A DNA stretch of 416 nt from Escherichia coli (lineage in GTDB: Bacteria > Pseudomonadota > Gammaproteobacteria > Enterobacterales > Enterobacteriaceae), in the NCBI RefSeq assembly GCF_003334815.1, contig NZ_QOWO01000130.1; one strand, given 5' to 3'. Position 1 is the first letter of the stretch. The number at the start of each line of letters is the position of its first letter. Made by a program: the position numbers and the translations under genes. Positions 1 to 416 of the stretch are shown one piece after another. Under the pieces are notes generated by a model. It was given only the letters and a program-made list of their open reading frames with translations. It was not told the origin of the DNA and made no database searches.

Positions 1-416
1 GAAACCGGCTTTGACGGCCGCACACAGCGTTATCACCACGACCTGACCGGCAAACTTATCCGCAGCGAGGATGAGGGTCTGGTCACCCACTGGCACTATG
101 ACGAAGCAGACCGCCTCACGCACCGCACCGTGAAGGGTGAAACCGCAGAGCGGTGGCAGTATGACGAACGTGGCTGGCTGACAGACATCAGCCATATCAG
201 CGAAGGGCACCGGGTGGCGGTGCATTACAGGTATGATGAGAAAGGCCGGCTGACCGGTGAGCGTCAGACGGTGCATCACCCGCAGACGGAAGCACTGCTC
301 TGGCAGCATGAGACCAGACATGCGTACAACGCGCAGGGGCTGGCGAACCGCTGTATACCGGACAGCCTGCCCGCCGTGGAATGGCTGACCTACGGCAGCG
401 GTTACCTGGCAGGCAT
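1..416 (+). CDS. rhs: Rhs-family YD-repeat protein, internal fragment of the conserved core (partial at both ends)
   Basis: Frame +1 is open across all 138 codons. Frames +2 and +3 hit stops early (TGA at 41-43; TGA at 12-14), and two of the three reverse frames contain stops. The translation has repeated YD-type motifs at a spacing of about 21-31 residues: RYHHDLTGKLI (nt 28-60), WHYDEADRLT (91-120), WQYDERGWLT (154-183), YRYDEKGRLT (226-255), and degenerate HAYNAQGL (319-342) and LTYGSGYL (385-408). From memory the peptide closely resembles the E. coli-type Rhs core (rhsA/B/C-like), but the paralog cannot be assigned from this core-only fragment, so the symbol is given at family level. There is no Met codon in frame, consistent with an internal fragment. 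Confidence 0.93.

Noticed and set aside
71-73. An ATG at 71-73 as a possible start codon.
   Set aside because: It is out of frame with the only fully open + frame. Frame +1 contains no Met codon at all, and the ORF clearly continues beyond both window edges, so the gene start lies upstream of the window.
97-380. Short repeated DNA words (tatgacgaa twice, ggctgacc twice, ctgaccgg twice) that could suggest a CRISPR array or tandem repeat.
   Set aside because: The repeats are 8-9 bp, irregularly spaced and all lie in frame within a continuous ORF, encoding the conserved YD and LTG residues of successive protein repeats. There is no repeat-spacer architecture.
1-416. An antisense open reading frame: the reverse-strand frame that shares codon boundaries with frame +1 has no stop codon across the window, because frame +1 contains no TTA, CTA or TCA codons.
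   Set aside because: Stop-free antisense frames are a common artefact of GC-rich coding sequence with biased codon use. The + strand frame carries clear YD-repeat motifs and Rhs identity, while the antisense frame has no recognisable features, start context or ribosome-binding site in the window.
1-416. Promoter, ribosome-binding site, terminator or other regulatory elements.
   Set aside because: The window is uniformly GC-rich coding sequence, with no AT-rich stretch resembling -10/-35 elements and no GC-rich hairpin followed by a T-tract. Nothing can be supported.
1-416. Assignment to a specific paralog (rhsA, rhsB, rhsC, rhsD or rhsE) or to a specific toxin class.
   Set aside because: The Rhs core is highly conserved among paralogs, and the distinguishing C-terminal tip and immunity gene are outside the window. 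The paralog cannot be determined from 416 bp of core without a database comparison.
1-416. A previously undescribed biological system within this window.
   Set aside because: The entire window is explained by a single conserved, well-characterised Rhs core fragment. Any novelty would have to be in the unseen downstream variable region.

Overview
The whole 416-bp window is an internal fragment of one protein-coding gene on the + strand, frame 1, with no start or stop codon in the window. It translates without stops to 138 residues: ETGFDGRTQRYHHDLTGKLIRSEDEGLVTHWHYDEADRLTHRTVKGETAERWQYDERGWLTDISHISEGHRVAVHYRYDEKGRLTGERQTVHHPQTEALLWQHETRHAYNAQGLANRCIPDSLPAVEWLTYGSGYLAG. This carries successive YD-repeat units typical of the conserved core of Rhs (rearrangement hot spot) proteins, and I recognise it from memory as closely resembling the enterobacterial (E. 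coli-type) Rhs core; no database search was run. GC content is about 61.5% (256/416 by hand count). I see no RNA genes, CRISPR, mobile-element termini, promoters or terminators. The window holds only the conserved core, so any variable C-terminal toxin and immunity gene would lie outside it; nothing here supports a previously undescribed system.
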